64,000 nucleotides of DNA from an uncultured Nitrospiraceae bacterium (GTDB taxonomy: Bacteria > Nitrospirota > Thermodesulfovibrionia > Thermodesulfovibrionales > SM23-35), in assembly GCA_963727775.1 (NCBI GenBank), contig CAVSHB010000001.1, positions 256,001 to 320,000 of the forward strand, read 5' to 3'. How positions within the stretch are numbered: position 1 is the stretch's first letter; each line of letters starts with the position of its first letter. Below the pieces are notes generated by a model. It saw only the letters and a program-made list of their open reading frames with translations. It had not been told where the DNA came from and made no database searches. The translations under genes were made by a program, and so were the position numbers. This document shows positions 42,402 to 54,887 of the stretch, piece by piece.

Positions 42402-42800
42402 CTAAAATGGTTCTAAATCAGTGGTTTCTTCAGGCGGAATGATATCCCCTTCTCCGCCAAAGGCGGCATCCTGAGTACCCCCTCTCCTTGAGAGGAATCT
42501 TACGGATTGCGCGACCACCTCGAACTTGCTCTTCTGCTGGCCGTTCGATTCCCATCTCCTCTCCTGGAGCCTTCCCTCTACAAGCACTGAACTTCCTTTA
42601 TTGAGATATTTGCTGCACGACTCCGCCTGCTTACCGAAAACGACGTTGTCTATAAATAATGTTTCCTGCTTCATCTCATCGGACTGCTTATATTTGGAAT
42701 TGACCGCGATCCTGAAAGAGGCCACAGGCGTTCCCTGTGGAGTGTATCTGAGCTCGGGGTCCTTTGTAAGGTTGCCGATGAGTATTATTTTGTTGTACAC
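42402..42800 (-). CDS. ssb: Single-stranded DNA-binding protein
   Basis: NKIILIGNL.DPELRYT, VEGRLQ and an acidic PF C-terminus. Confidence 0.97.
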   Translation of the reverse strand: MYNKIILIGNLTKDPELRYTPQGTPVASFRIAVNSKYKQSDEMKQETLFIDNVVFGKQAESCSKYLNKGSSVLVEGRLQERRWESNGQQKSKFEVVAQSVRFLSRRGGTQDAAFGGEGDIIPPEETTDLEPF

Positions 42801-43157
42801 CTAAGCCTCGGCTTTTTGCTCCGGGGCCTGTTCAGTAGCGGCCTCGGCCTTTTCAAGGCTTTTCACCTGTTTGGCCTCAAGTTTTATGACCATATATTTT
42901 AATACAGAGTCAAAGACTTTATAGAACTCCTCCAGCTTTCTTATTGTAACGGCCGGCGTTTTATAGAACAGAAGCACATACAATCCCTTTTTCTGTTTCT
43001 TAATCTCGTATGCAAGCTTCCTCCTGCCCCAGACGTCCACTTTCAGGACCTCTCCGCCCTGACCCGTGATGACCTCTTTGATTTTCGCAACAGCAGCCTC
43101 GGCTTCTTCGTCGGATATGGCTGCGTTCAGAATGACCATATTTTCGTATATATTCAT
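42801..43157 (-). CDS. rpsF: 30S ribosomal protein S6
   Basis: YE..., WGRRKLAYEIKK, in rpsF-ssb-rpsR order. Confidence 0.97.
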   Translation of the reverse strand: MNIYENMVILNAAISDEEAEAAVAKIKEVITGQGGEVLKVDVWGRRKLAYEIKKQKKGLYVLLFYKTPAVTIRKLEEFYKVFDSVLKYMVIKLEAKQVKSLEKAEAATEQAPEQKAEA

Positions 43158-43787
43158 CGAACTTTCTCCTGGAAATTATTTTATTCTTTATAGAAATCTA
43201 AATTTTATACCATAATAAACAGAATAAAATCAACATATTTGCCATTTTCGCAGTATTTCGGAATAAAAAAACCGCAAAAGATCGCTTTATGGAAATTCCG
43301 GAGTACTTCGGACTGGCGTTCCGATTTAGTTCGGACACTATCCAGACCGCCTTAGATATCGTAGCTATCTTATGGCTCGGAAGACAATCCAATTGGCCCC
43401 AAACACAGGAGTACAACTACGAACAAACGTTTTCAGAGGTTCTGAAATTTTCTTACCTTCTTCATCTACTACGCACCAGAGTGATTTTTTATTAGATGTT
43501 ATGTGCACCTAATAACCATCACCGCGGCAAGTTCTCCGATTGTGTTTGTTTCCGGTAAAATGTGTTAAAAATCGTTAGCGTGTTTCATCCCATACTCTTC
43601 ACGGACCAGTTGACTTAAGAAACTTTTTTACAGCAGTGTTGCACAGATAGCAGCCTATTGTTCTGCAAAAGATTACGCCCCGGAGAACGAAAAGCTTACG
43701 GATTTCATGATTTTGAATGCTTCTCATTAATCATTAAAAATGCTTGCACATATAGCAACTAACCTGTAAAGAACCTAAGCAATATGA

Positions 43788-45160
<1,373 letters not shown>

Positions 45161-45164
<4 letters not shown>

Positions 45165-45565
45165 GGGATTCATTATTCACTTTCAGGATGGTAACCCCTC
45201 CGAAAATAATCGAGAAACGGGTGAAGGCTATCAGGCTGAAAGACGAATCTGGATTTTTTGGGATAATGAAAGGGCATATTAATTTCGTAACTGCCATTGA
45301 GCCGTCCCTCTGCTATTATCTTGATGAGAACGACAGGGAGGTGTTTCTTGCAGTTGATGGAGGGATAGTTAGTATTAAAGGGGGTATGGTGACTATGACC
45401 TCCCGTGAAATATTTGAAAGCGATGATGCTGAAAAACTGGCTGAAATTATCGATAATACAATGGTAAAAAGGGATTCTTCCGAACGTTCTTTTCTCAATA
45501 TGATTAAAGGTATTGAACAATCTTTTATGGAAAAGACTCTTGAATTGATAAAGAGTGGGTCGTGA
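45161..45565 (+). CDS. atpC: N-ATPase epsilon subunit
   Basis: G.FGI..GH and LAVDGG motifs. Follows atpD. Confidence 0.88.
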
Positions 45566-45846
45566 TGGAAGATAAAAAATTTTCTAAAGATATCGGGAAA
45601 TCTGCTAAGGAACTGATGGAAGCCAGAAAGGAGAGAGGCACATTCTGGCACTATGCCTATATTCTTGGTGTTGGCGGCTGGCTACTCGCGCTACCCATTG
45701 TTGGAGGGGCCTATCTCGGAAAATATCTGGACAAGAAAATGGGCGGAAGCGGCAGGATATCATGGACAATTACCCTTATCATAATCGGTATTGCAGTTGG
45801 CTTCTATAATCTCTGGTGCACCTTTATGAAGAGAGCTCAGAAATGA
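45562..45846 (+). CDS. AtpQ/AtpZ-AtpI-like membrane protein
   Basis: Two TMs with PIVGGAYLGKYLD, at the N-ATPase operon position. Confidence 0.85.
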   Translation: MMEDKKFSKDIGKSAKELMEARKERGTFWHYAYILGVGGWLLALPIVGGAYLGKYLDKKMGGSGRISWTITLIIIGIAVGFYNLWCTFMKRAQK

Positions 45847-46508
45847 AAGCCCTGAATGTTTTTCCGGAAAAGGTATTTTCCATGGGGCCTGTGCAGGTAA
45901 CTGATACTGTTATCACAACATGGTTTGTAATGGCTGTCATAATCGCAATCTGTTATCTGTTTACAAGGAGATTGTCCATACAACCGTCTATTGGTCAGGA
46001 GATCCTGGAGGGTATTTTTGAGGCCATAGAAAAGACAGTGAGAGAGATTCTTCCCATAGATCCATGGCTTGTTATCCCGGTTTTAGGAACCCTCTGGATC
46101 ATGATAGGCTTTTCAAATCTTATCGGCATTCTGCCCATGGTGAAAACACCGACTGCCGATCTGAATACGACATTTGCCTTTGCCGTAATATCCTACTCCA
46201 TGACGCATGTCTTTGGGATAGCAACACAAGGGCTGAAAGAATATATTTCTCATTACAAGGAGCCAACGTGGATATTGTTTCCTTTTCATCTGATAGCGGA
46301 GGTTACCAGGACAATAGCACTTGCAGTTAGGCTGTTTGGCAATATGCTAAGCGGGGATATGATCGCATTGATACTTCTCGGCATAGTCGGATTTCTTGTC
46401 CCGGTGCCTTTTAATCTGCTGCATATTGTTATTGGGATTATACAGGCTTACATATTTGGGGTTTTAACATTGGTGTTCATAGCTGGAGGAATACGGTCAC
46501 AACCATAA
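45843..46508 (+). CDS. atpB: ATP synthase subunit a
   Basis: PTADLNTT, LAVRLFGNM and IQAYIF motifs. Confidence 0.95.
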   Translation: MKALNVFPEKVFSMGPVQVTDTVITTWFVMAVIIAICYLFTRRLSIQPSIGQEILEGIFEAIEKTVREILPIDPWLVIPVLGTLWIMIGFSNLIGILPMVKTPTADLNTTFAFAVISYSMTHVFGIATQGLKEYISHYKEPTWILFPFHLIAEVTRTIALAVRLFGNMLSGDMIALILLGIVGFLVPVPFNLLHIVIGIIQAYIFGVLTLVFIAGGIRSQP

Positions 46509-46521
46509 AAGGAGGCTTCAT

Positions 46522-46788
46522 ATGGATGGATTAACGGTCATTATAGTTGTCTCAATACTCTCTGCTGGTCTTGCCATAGCAATCGGCGGCTATGGTCCTG
46601 CAAGAGCACTTGGTGAGTCACTCTCGAAAGCCCTTGATTCGATAGCACGACAGCCTGAGGCATCTACATCGATTATGAAGACGCTTTTTGTCGGAATGGC
46701 TTTGATAGAATCAATTGCCATCTATGCTTTCGTCATAGCACTGATTATCCTTTTTGCAAACCCGCTAATCGGGTATGTCGTAAAATGA
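46522..46788 (+). CDS. atpE: ATP synthase subunit c
   Basis: IARQPE loop, ESIAIY and FANP motifs. Confidence 0.96.
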   Translation: MDGLTVIIVVSILSAGLAIAIGGYGPARALGESLSKALDSIARQPEASTSIMKTLFVGMALIESIAIYAFVIALIILFANPLIGYVVK

Positions 46789-47525
46789 AATTCGATATCT
46801 GGACATTTTTTTTTCAGGTAATAAACTTTCTTGTTCTGCTCTTCATCCTTAAGCGGGTTTTGTATAAACCGATACGGGAGATTATAGAGAGGCGGAGAAG
46901 TCTTATCCAGCAACGCATCGAAGACGCAGAGAAAACAAAAAAGGAAGCCTTGAACTTAAAGGAGAACTATCAGCATGAGATGGACAAACTGCGTGAACTC
47001 AAATCCCAGATGCTCGAAAAGATGAATGAGGAAGTCGAGCAGGAGAGAAAAAAACTGATAGGCAGGGCTAAAGAGGAAGCATCAAGGGTTATTGAGAAAG
47101 AAAAAGCTGTGTTCGATACAGAAAAAGCAAGGCACGACGCTGAGTTGAAGGATAAGGCGATTGAAGCTGTTACGATCTTTGCAATAAATCTCTTAAAGGG
47201 TGTTTCAGATGAGAATCTCCATAAGGCCATATATGAAAAGCTTTTCAGGGAGCTCCAGGGAATAGCTTCTCATATGGCGGAGATAAAGGGAAAGGACAGG
47301 CCACTGACCGTGGATTTGGTCACAGCATATCCACTCAGTGAGACTGAGACAAGAAAGTTCCGGAAATCAATTGAATCTATTCTTTCTCAGAGTGTTGTTC
47401 TCAATACAACAATTGATGCATCCCTCATAGCGGGTGCTAAAGTTAAGTTTTATGATATGGTGTATGACTTATCACTGTTAGGTCAGATAAAGAAACTTGC
47501 CTTGAAGCTGAAAGAGACTGTCTGA
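46785..47525 (+). CDS. atpF: ATP synthase subunit b with delta-like C-terminus
   Basis: QVINFLVLLFILKRVLYKP, a coiled coil and DASLIAG. Confidence 0.92.
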   Translation: MKFDIWTFFFQVINFLVLLFILKRVLYKPIREIIERRRSLIQQRIEDAEKTKKEALNLKENYQHEMDKLRELKSQMLEKMNEEVEQERKKLIGRAKEEASRVIEKEKAVFDTEKARHDAELKDKAIEAVTIFAINLLKGVSDENLHKAIYEKLFRELQGIASHMAEIKGKDRPLTVDLVTAYPLSETETRKFRKSIESILSQSVVLNTTIDASLIAGAKVKFYDMVYDLSLLGQIKKLALKLKETV

Positions 47526-49022
47526 ATGGAAAAAGAGATAATCAGTTTTTTTGAGAAGATAAAAGAGACGGTAATGAAAACAGACCTTTCCGTTGAGATA
47601 TCTCAAGAAGGCAAGGTGCTTTCTGTTGGAGACGGAATTGTGAAGGTCTCCGGTCTTCGGGATGCAAAGCTCTATGAACTGATAGAACTTGAAAGTGGTG
47701 ATAAAGGCATTGTCTTTGACCTGGATGCTGAAAGTATCGGCATTGTCCTGCTTACCGAGCAGAACGGAATAAAGGCTGGAGATGGGGCTTACAAGACGGA
47801 GCAGATTGTTTCTGTGCCTGCAGGAGAAGGCCTTCTGGGCAGGGTGCTCGATGCTATCGGCAATCCTCTTGATGGAGGTCCTAAATCAGAACATAGTGCA
47901 TACTATCCTGTGGAAAGAGAGGCTCCTTCACTCCTGCAGAGGGATTTCATAACCCAACCGCTCTATACCGGCATTAAGCTTATCGACGCCATGCTACCCA
48001 TAGGCAGGGGACAGAGAGAATTAATAATCGGCGATCCTTCAATAGGGAAAACCGCCGTAGCTGTAGACACTATTATCAATCAGAGGAGTTCTGATGTCAT
48101 CTCAATTTATGTTGCTATAGGACAGAATATATCACACATCCTTAAGATCATCGAAGAGATACAGAAATATGGAAATTTCTCAAAGACCATATTTGTAGTT
48201 GCCGATGCCTCAGATTCCTTAGGACTTCAATATATAGCTCCTTACAGCGCCACTGCCATCGCAGAGTATTTCCTTGATAAAGGTAGGGATGTCCTCATTG
48301 TTTATGATGATCTTACCAAACATGCAGAGGCATACCGTTCATTGAGCCTTCTCCTGAAAAGACCACCGGGCAGGGAGGCTTTCCCAGGAGACATATTCTT
48401 TATTCACTCCAGACTCCTCGAAAGGTCTGCTAAATTGAACCAGAAATCGGGTGGCGGTTCTCTAACCGCCCTTCCCATAGTCGAAACACAGCAGGGCAGA
48501 ATATCATCTTATATACCAACAAATATTATCTCAATAACCGATGGACAGATATATCTGGACACCCTATTATTCAACAAAGGTATCCGTCCTCCCATCGATG
48601 TAGGGAAATCAGTATCAAGAATAGGCGGCAAGGCTCAGGTTGAAGCCATGAAGAAGGTAGCAGAAAGACTCAAGATAGATTACTCGCGATTTGCAGAAGT
48701 GGAAGTATTTACTAAATTCGGGGCACATCTTGAGGACGAAACAGCAAAACTCATCAAGCGCGGAGAACGTATGAGGGAGGTACTCAAACAACCTCGGTTT
48801 CATACCTTTACACTTTCAGCCATGGTATTGAGTTTCATTATTTTGGAATCAGGCATACTCGATGCTGTTGCTACTGCTTCGGTGGGAAAAGCCTATATGG
48901 AAATTCTGAACAGGACATTGACTGCACATGCAGAACTGATAAATAAAATCGATCAGGAAGGAAGGCTTACAGATAAGGATATCGAAATGCTGAAAAAATC
49001 CATCACTGCTGTTGAGATTTAG
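47526..49022 (+). CDS. atpA: N-ATPase alpha subunit
   Basis: VGDGI, GRGQRELIIGD, YDDLTKHA, PPGREAFPGD and SITDGQI motifs. Confidence 0.96.
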   Translation: MEKEIISFFEKIKETVMKTDLSVEISQEGKVLSVGDGIVKVSGLRDAKLYELIELESGDKGIVFDLDAESIGIVLLTEQNGIKAGDGAYKTEQIVSVPAGEGLLGRVLDAIGNPLDGGPKSEHSAYYPVEREAPSLLQRDFITQPLYTGIKLIDAMLPIGRGQRELIIGDPSIGKTAVAVDTIINQRSSDVISIYVAIGQNISHILKIIEEIQKYGNFSKTIFVVADASDSLGLQYIAPYSATAIAEYFLDKGRDVLIVYDDLTKHAEAYRSLSLLLKRPPGREAFPGDIFFIHSRLLERSAKLNQKSGGGSLTALPIVETQQGRISSYIPTNIISITDGQIYLDTLLFNKGIRPPIDVGKSVSRIGGKAQVEAMKKVAERLKIDYSRFAEVEVFTKFGAHLEDETAKLIKRGERMREVLKQPRFHTFTLSAMVLSFIILESGILDAVATASVGKAYMEILNRTLTAHAELINKIDQEGRLTDKDIEMLKKSITAVEI

Positions 49023-49024
49023 GT

Positions 49025-49867
49025 ATGCCATACTCTGAAGATGTCGAAAAAAAGATTAAATCCTTATATACCATAGAGGATATCATTGGTGCTATGAAGG
49101 CCTATGCGGGAGTAACCATAAGAAAGACAGAACAGATTGTTCCGAACGTCAGGGAGTATGAAAAAAATGTCCTTTCTGCTATGTCAGATCTGATCGTCAA
49201 TTATCCTGATCTGTTATTGTCAAAAAGGAACGGAGAGAAAAGGATTATAGTAGCCTTCGGCTCTTCCCAGGGGTTATGCGGAGCATATAATGAAAAAGTC
49301 GCTGATGCCGTTGTTGAAGTGATCAGAGACAAAGATGTCTTGTTTGTTATTGGAAGAAGACTCACATCATCTTTGCTATTAAGGCATATAGCCTTTGCGA
49401 ATTATAGTGATTCGGTATTGAGCATCAGCGGTATACAGGCTGCATTAGAAAGAACCATTGTTGAGTTAATGGATATCTACAGGAAGAAGGAGTTTTATAA
49501 TCTTACTTTTATTTTTACATCTGTTTTCGAAAACAAGGCACAGGTTGCCATAGAGCAGATACTGCCACCCGATATTGACAGAATGCTTGCTATGGGTCCG
49601 AATAATATAACACCCTTCACCTACCTTAATACAGAGGTTATTTTTGAAAGGGCTTTGGAAGAACTCCTTTATATCAGCTTTTATCGTTGCTATGCAGAAT
49701 CTTTGCGGAGCGAGAATTGGTATCGCCTTAGGAGCATGGAGGGCGCTTCGGATATATTAAGAAAGCATATTAGTGAACTCAGTTCTCTACAAAAATATAT
49801 CAGGCAGGAAGAGATAACAGAGGAGATGCTCGAGATATTGGGCAGTGGAATGTTCTACGGGCAATAA
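49025..49867 (+). CDS. atpG: N-ATPase gamma subunit
   Basis: GSSQGLCG, SEN..RL..M and RQEEITEE motifs. Confidence 0.92.
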   Translation: MPYSEDVEKKIKSLYTIEDIIGAMKAYAGVTIRKTEQIVPNVREYEKNVLSAMSDLIVNYPDLLLSKRNGEKRIIVAFGSSQGLCGAYNEKVADAVVEVIRDKDVLFVIGRRLTSSLLLRHIAFANYSDSVLSISGIQAALERTIVELMDIYRKKEFYNLTFIFTSVFENKAQVAIEQILPPDIDRMLAMGPNNITPFTYLNTEVIFERALEELLYISFYRCYAESLRSENWYRLRSMEGASDILRKHISELSSLQKYIRQEEITEEMLEILGSGMFYGQ

Positions 49868-50146
49868 GCATAGGCATGTCGAAATACCCGGCGTATTGCC
49901 CACGGGACACCATGAGCATCACATGCAAATGTCAGTTTCGAAGCGGTTCATTTATCAAATTGATGTTCATCTTGTTTTCCCAGCCAAAAGACTCAGCTAT
50001 GCGGCCAGATAGGGTATCAGGGCAAGATCATTCTCACGAGCTTTATGGTCGAAGTGGAATGACAGAGAATCGCCGTCTCTTTCTCTAATCGCAGGAACGA
50101 CCTCTACCGTCATCCGAAAAACCGTTGACCTACTTACTTATTATAA

Positions 50147-51767
50147 CCCAAAAAATGCAGTTGACCTAAAATAATATCCCCAAAGAAATTCTCCTTTCGT
50201 ATTAGAATCAATAGGTTTGACCGACCATCAACTCTAAACGAAAGGAGAATAGAAATATGCAGTCAAAATGTAGCACAAACATTGAAATAAATAAAGTGAG
50301 GATTGGATTTACGGAGAAGAAGCTGACTGCATATGGGGGCTTCAGTTTATTGGCGGCATTCTTTGAAAAGGTCAAATTGAGAGGGATATTGCAAGAGGTG
50401 ATTCCGGTCCATGAGAGTTCGCCCAATGGAATGGGGATATACAGCAAGGTATTGGCGTACATACTTCTGATCTATGCGGGAGGCAGCAGGTTTTCTCATC
50501 TGCTTTATCTTGGCTGGCAGGAGATTTTCACTGATCTTTTTGCAGTGAAGAGGCTTCCTCTAGCCTCGACGACATTGGGCAGGCTTTTCAGGAAGATCAG
50601 GAAACTGAAGGATGTGGAAGAGATGTCGGAGGGGTTATGGGGATACTTGAAGAAATTGATTCCCTGGGAGGAGCTCAAAGAGGACTGGTTGACGTTTGAT
50701 TCTACAGTCCTTGAGAGATACGGCAAACAGGAGGGGGCAAAGAGGGGATATAACCCGAAGAAGAAGGGCCGTGGTAGCCACAGCCCGCTTCTGGCATTTC
50801 TGAACAAGAGCAAATATGTGGTGCATCTGTGGAATCGTCCGGGCAATGTGATGTCATGGAATAATATCATTGGATTTTTCGAGTCCACATGGCAGAGGAT
50901 CAGCGAGCATATTGATATTAAGGGTGTTATTGCGGACAGCGGATTTTATCTCAGGGAATTTATCGAGCTTTTGGAGCGGAGAAAATTAATCTATATCATA
51001 GCCGCTCGTCTGTACCATCCTTTGCAGAGAATGGTTTATGCACAACAAAATTGGCAGCAGATAGAGGATGGAATATGGATCACGGAGTTTCTTTTTCAGC
51101 ATGCGGATTGGATAACCGACAGGAGATTCATTGCAGTTCGGCAGGATATAAAGAAGAGACCGCACGCGATGGGAAAGGAGCTGTCTCTCTTTGGAGATGA
51201 GTTTGATACAGGTAACTATCGTTATAGCGTATGGATAACCAATTCGCATGATCCTGCATATGAGGTATGGAAGCAGTGCAGGCCGAGGGCAAACGATGAA
51301 AACACTATCAAGGAACTGAAAGAGGATTTTGCGCTTGGTGGGTTCTCGATGAAGTATTTCTATTCAACAGAGGCGGCGATGCTTATCCGGGTATTCATCT
51401 ACAATCTGTTTGTCCTGTTTCGACATCAGATACTGGGGCAGCAAGAAAAGATAGAACGCTTGAAGACCTTGCGGTATAAGTATTTTGTACTCCCCGCTCA
51501 TTTGGGATGGGATGGCAGGAAGCCTGTATTGCGAATATCCGTCTTTACGCAGAAAGTACGATCAAAACTGTTATACCTCTTTAACCGCATAGGACAATAC
51601 TTTCCGCCCGGTATCGGTATTTGCACTGCAGTTGGAAGATGACAATAAAATTCAAAAGGAGATGTGCCAAGAAACAGTGCAAAGATTAGCTTTGCTAACG
51701 CTAATTCCGATAATGCCTTGATGGGCTTGTATCTACAGGTATGTCTTTTCTATCTGCACTTTTCGGG
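50147..51767 (+). mobile_element. IS1380-family element
   Basis: Imperfect IRs CCCAAAAAATGCAG / CCCGAAAAGTGCAG (12/14). No exact target duplication seen. Confidence 0.8.
50257..51642 (+). CDS. IS1380-family transposase
   Basis: LTAYGG, FDSTV, YGKQEGA..GYNP, ADSGF and R...ENTIKELK motifs. Confidence 0.92.
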   Translation: MQSKCSTNIEINKVRIGFTEKKLTAYGGFSLLAAFFEKVKLRGILQEVIPVHESSPNGMGIYSKVLAYILLIYAGGSRFSHLLYLGWQEIFTDLFAVKRLPLASTTLGRLFRKIRKLKDVEEMSEGLWGYLKKLIPWEELKEDWLTFDSTVLERYGKQEGAKRGYNPKKKGRGSHSPLLAFLNKSKYVVHLWNRPGNVMSWNNIIGFFESTWQRISEHIDIKGVIADSGFYLREFIELLERRKLIYIIAARLYHPLQRMVYAQQNWQQIEDGIWITEFLFQHADWITDRRFIAVRQDIKKRPHAMGKELSLFGDEFDTGNYRYSVWITNSHDPAYEVWKQCRPRANDENTIKELKEDFALGGFSMKYFYSTEAAMLIRVFIYNLFVLFRHQILGQQEKIERLKTLRYKYFVLPAHLGWDGRKPVLRISVFTQKVRSKLLYLFNRIGQYFPPGIGICTAVGR

Positions 51768-51971
51768 TTAATAAATAAAGTGACACCTTCAAAAAAATCC
51801 CTCTTGGGTACAGCGAGCGTCAAGTTGATTCAAGGAAGCTCTCAAAGTCATCTGTTCCATAGGCTGTTTGCTAAAAAATTATCGGCCGTTGTTATGCAAG
51901 AAATAATTATGATAATCTTGAACAGCAAGATTCTTATGCGGCCCAAAGGTCAAAGAAAGGAATAGTCTATT

Positions 51972-52871
51972 ATGAAAATTGTGTCTCTCCTGAGATTTGT
52001 CTTTCTGTCGGTGTCGATGGTCCTTTCACCGTATGTTGCGCATGCCATTTCAGGCGTCTATGAATATCAGAGCAGCACTTCGGTGATAGGCTCTATCACG
52101 ACTTGTCGGACAAAGGAAAACGAATCGCTTATAGAACTGGCCAGAAAAGTCGACATCGGATATAAGGCGATAACGGACGCGAATCCCCTCTTGGACCCCT
52201 TCGTTCCGGGAACCGATGCCCTCGTTACCATACCATCTGCGTGGATACTGCCTGATGTCGAATCCTATGATGGCATCGTCATTAATATTTCAGAATTGCG
52301 CCTCTATTATTTCACAAAACGGGGAAGCTTACGGTTGGTGAGGATATTCCCTATCGGAACAGGTAGCGAAGGCCACGATAGCCCGCCAGGCAAATACCGT
52401 GTGGTTGAAAAAATTGTGAAGCCCGCCTGGCATGTGCCTGAATCCATAAGAGAGGAAAATCCTGACCTGCCTAAAGTAGTCCAGCCCGGGCCTGATAACC
52501 CTCTCGGTTCTCACGCACTGAGACTCTCCGCAGGCGATATTCTCATTCACGGCACAAACAAACCATGGGGTGTTGGCAGGAGGGTCAGCCACGGCTGCAT
52601 ACGAATGTATCCGGAAGATATTTCCAGATTTTTTCCCATGGTGCCCATGGGCACAAAAGTGACAATTGTCCGGCAGCCCGTCAAAGTCGGCCTGCGAGAC
52701 GCCAGGGCGTACCTGGAGGTACATAATGATGAATTCGACAAAGATTCGGACTACCTTGCAACGGCCCAGACATTGCTGGCTAAAAAAGGTCTCCTAAAAA
52801 ACGTTAACTCGGAAAAGCTCTATCGCGCGATCCAGGAAAAACTAGGTATGCCGATCGATATTTCCGAATGA
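51972..52871 (+). CDS. L,D-transpeptidase, ErfK/YbiS type
   Basis: Signal peptide, LysM-like region, GPDNPLG, IHGTN and VSHGCIRM. Confidence 0.93.
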   Translation: MKIVSLLRFVFLSVSMVLSPYVAHAISGVYEYQSSTSVIGSITTCRTKENESLIELARKVDIGYKAITDANPLLDPFVPGTDALVTIPSAWILPDVESYDGIVINISELRLYYFTKRGSLRLVRIFPIGTGSEGHDSPPGKYRVVEKIVKPAWHVPESIREENPDLPKVVQPGPDNPLGSHALRLSAGDILIHGTNKPWGVGRRVSHGCIRMYPEDISRFFPMVPMGTKVTIVRQPVKVGLRDARAYLEVHNDEFDKDSDYLATAQTLLAKKGLLKNVNSEKLYRAIQEKLGMPIDISE

Positions 52872-52986
52872 TTATGAAAAAAGCCCTACTCTACGCATTA
52901 TCCTGTGCTTCCAAGTCTTATTATTTCTTGACATGTTAACCGCAATATTTAAGACTTCATCTTTACACATCTAGGCGAGGACTTCA

Positions 52987-53163
52987 ATGCACAGACAGCG
53001 CATCGGTCACATCCGAGTGAGCCCCTTTGAACAAAATATAGCTCGTCAGCTTGACAATATCGCCTTAGATAAAGTGTTCTCGGACAAAGCCTATGGGAAG
53101 GACACTCGACGACCAGAGCTTGAAGCTCTAATGCAATTTGTTAGGCAATGGGATACTAGTTGA
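52987..53163 (+). pseudogene. N-terminal remnant of a serine resolvase (Tn21 TnpR-like)
   Basis: MHRQRIGHIRVSPFEQNIARQL...FSDKAYGKDTRRPELEAL, which stops after 58 aa. Confidence 0.82.
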
Positions 53164-53240
53164 TATAATAAATCAAGCTTCGGATATTTTTGGAATGAAG
53201 TGTAGTCGTGAGAATGCTTGAGTGAGGATGGTATACCCTG

Positions 53241-53476
53241 ATGGAACTAATGATGCGTGAGCCGTATGGAGGAGGAATATGGCTGTTCCTATTTCTCCTT
53301 TTCTGTACACTTATTGTTATCGGCATTATTTTGGTAATCGTGTGGATTGTGAGAAAGCATGGAAAACATACAAACAGCCCGCAGAAGAGACCGCCCTCGA
53401 CATCTTGAAGAAGGGACATGTCAGGAGAGAGATCAACAAGGAAGAATATGAGAGGATGAGAAAGGATGTCTTTTAG
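53241..53476 (+). pseudogene. Frameshifted SHOCT-domain membrane protein
   Basis: The TM segment (YGGGIWLFLF...WIVR) and ETALDILK...EINKEEYERMRK are in different frames. Confidence 0.7.
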
Positions 53477-53480
53477 GCTA

Positions 53481-54617
53481 GTGTAGTGTCCCACTAACGG
53501 CTTTACAATGAACGACCTTTTCCAAGATGGCATCGACCTTTTTCGTCCAGACAAACGGCTTGGGACTCTCGTTGTTGATCTGGATGAAGTCTTCTATTGC
53601 CGCAACAAGTTCCGAAACACTGCGAAAAACTCCACAGCGAATGCGTTTCCGTGTGATCTCTCCGAACCATCTCTCCACCAGATTCAACCATGAGGAACTG
53701 GTCGGCGTGAAATGAAGGTGAAATCGGGGATGTTTTTTCAGCCATGCTTTAACCTTGGGATGGTTGTGCGTACCATAATTATCCAGAATCATATGGACGC
53801 CCAATTCCGAGGGTACGGTGGCGTCGATCTGTCGCAGGAATTTCCGAAATTCGATGTTGCGATGCCTCGGATAACAGGAGCCAATAACTTTTCCCTCCAG
53901 CACATTCAACGCCGCGAACAGACACGTAGTGCCATTGCGCTTATAGTCATGGGTCATGGTTCGGCAGCGCCCTTTCTTCATCGGCAAGCCGGGTTGTGTC
54001 CGATCCAACGCTTGAACTTGGCTCTTCTCGTCAACACACAGCACCACCGCCTTGTCCGGCGGATTCAAGTACACTCCCACCACGTCCGTCAGTTTTTCAA
54101 CAAACCGCTTGTCCTTGGATAACTTGAATGTCTCAACGCGATGAGGCTGAAGACCGTGCGCGTCCCATATACGTTGCACCGTGGACTTGCCGACTCCCTG
54201 AGCCCTTGCCATCGAACGCACCGACCACTGCGTGGCATCGCGAGGTGTCGTGTGGAGAGTCGCTTCGACAATGGCCTTCACCCGGTCCGGCGGAAGAGCC
54301 TGTGGACTCGGGCCATGGGGTGCGTCCTCGGCCAATCCCATCGGTCCATGCTCTTCGAAACGTTTGCGCCATTGGATTACTGTCGGGCGGGAGGTGGACA
54401 GTTGGGCCGCGATAGCGTTGTTCGACAAGCCATCCGCCGCCAAAAGACAAATACTCGCTCGCAGTACTGCTCGCTGAGGGCTGGTCTTAGCCCGTTTCCA
54501 AGCTTCCAATGTCCTGCGCTGCTCTTTTGTCATCTCCAGAACTTCTGCTTTTTCCCACATGCCATATAGCTTACCATGACAACTAATCATTGTCCAGCTT
54601 TTAGTGGGACAGTACAC
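53481..54617 (-). mobile_element. IS630-family element with an intact single-ORF transposase (about 53478-54560)
   Basis: GTGTA(G/C)TGTCCCACTAA IRs flanked by TA within CTAG. Motifs CVDEKS, HDYKRNGT, ILDNY and SSWLNLVERWF. Confidence 0.95.
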
Positions 54618-54887
54618 TAGGAGCCTGTCAGACTTTCAAGATTTTTGGAAAGTCGATCTCCTGAGAAGCCCTAGAATCGCTTAGTAAATAAAGTCATTGC
54701 GACACCACAGGGCGTTGACCCTGTGGGTAGCTGACAAGGACCTGTGCCAAGAGCACAGGGTGTTATTTTTTTTATAAAAGAGGAATATTGAACTGAAAAG
54801 ATCTCTCTTCTTGTATGAATTCATATCATGCACTCTACCAATGACATTGACAAAAGAATTTATAACCTATGAAATATATCGTACTAA

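Noticed and set aside
43260..43500. tRNA gene or att site at the edge of the accessory region
   Set aside because: No cloverleaf or T-loop consensus was found on either strand. The short ORFs there are unsupported.
49876..50100. 70-aa ORF and a possible minus-strand gene fragment
   Set aside because: No recognisable family, and the minus frame is interrupted by a stop.
54618..54730. IS-like end (TAGGAGCCTGTCAGACT) and a CCACAGGG/CCCTGTGG hairpin
   Set aside because: No partner IR or transposase was found, so it is too fragmentary to call.
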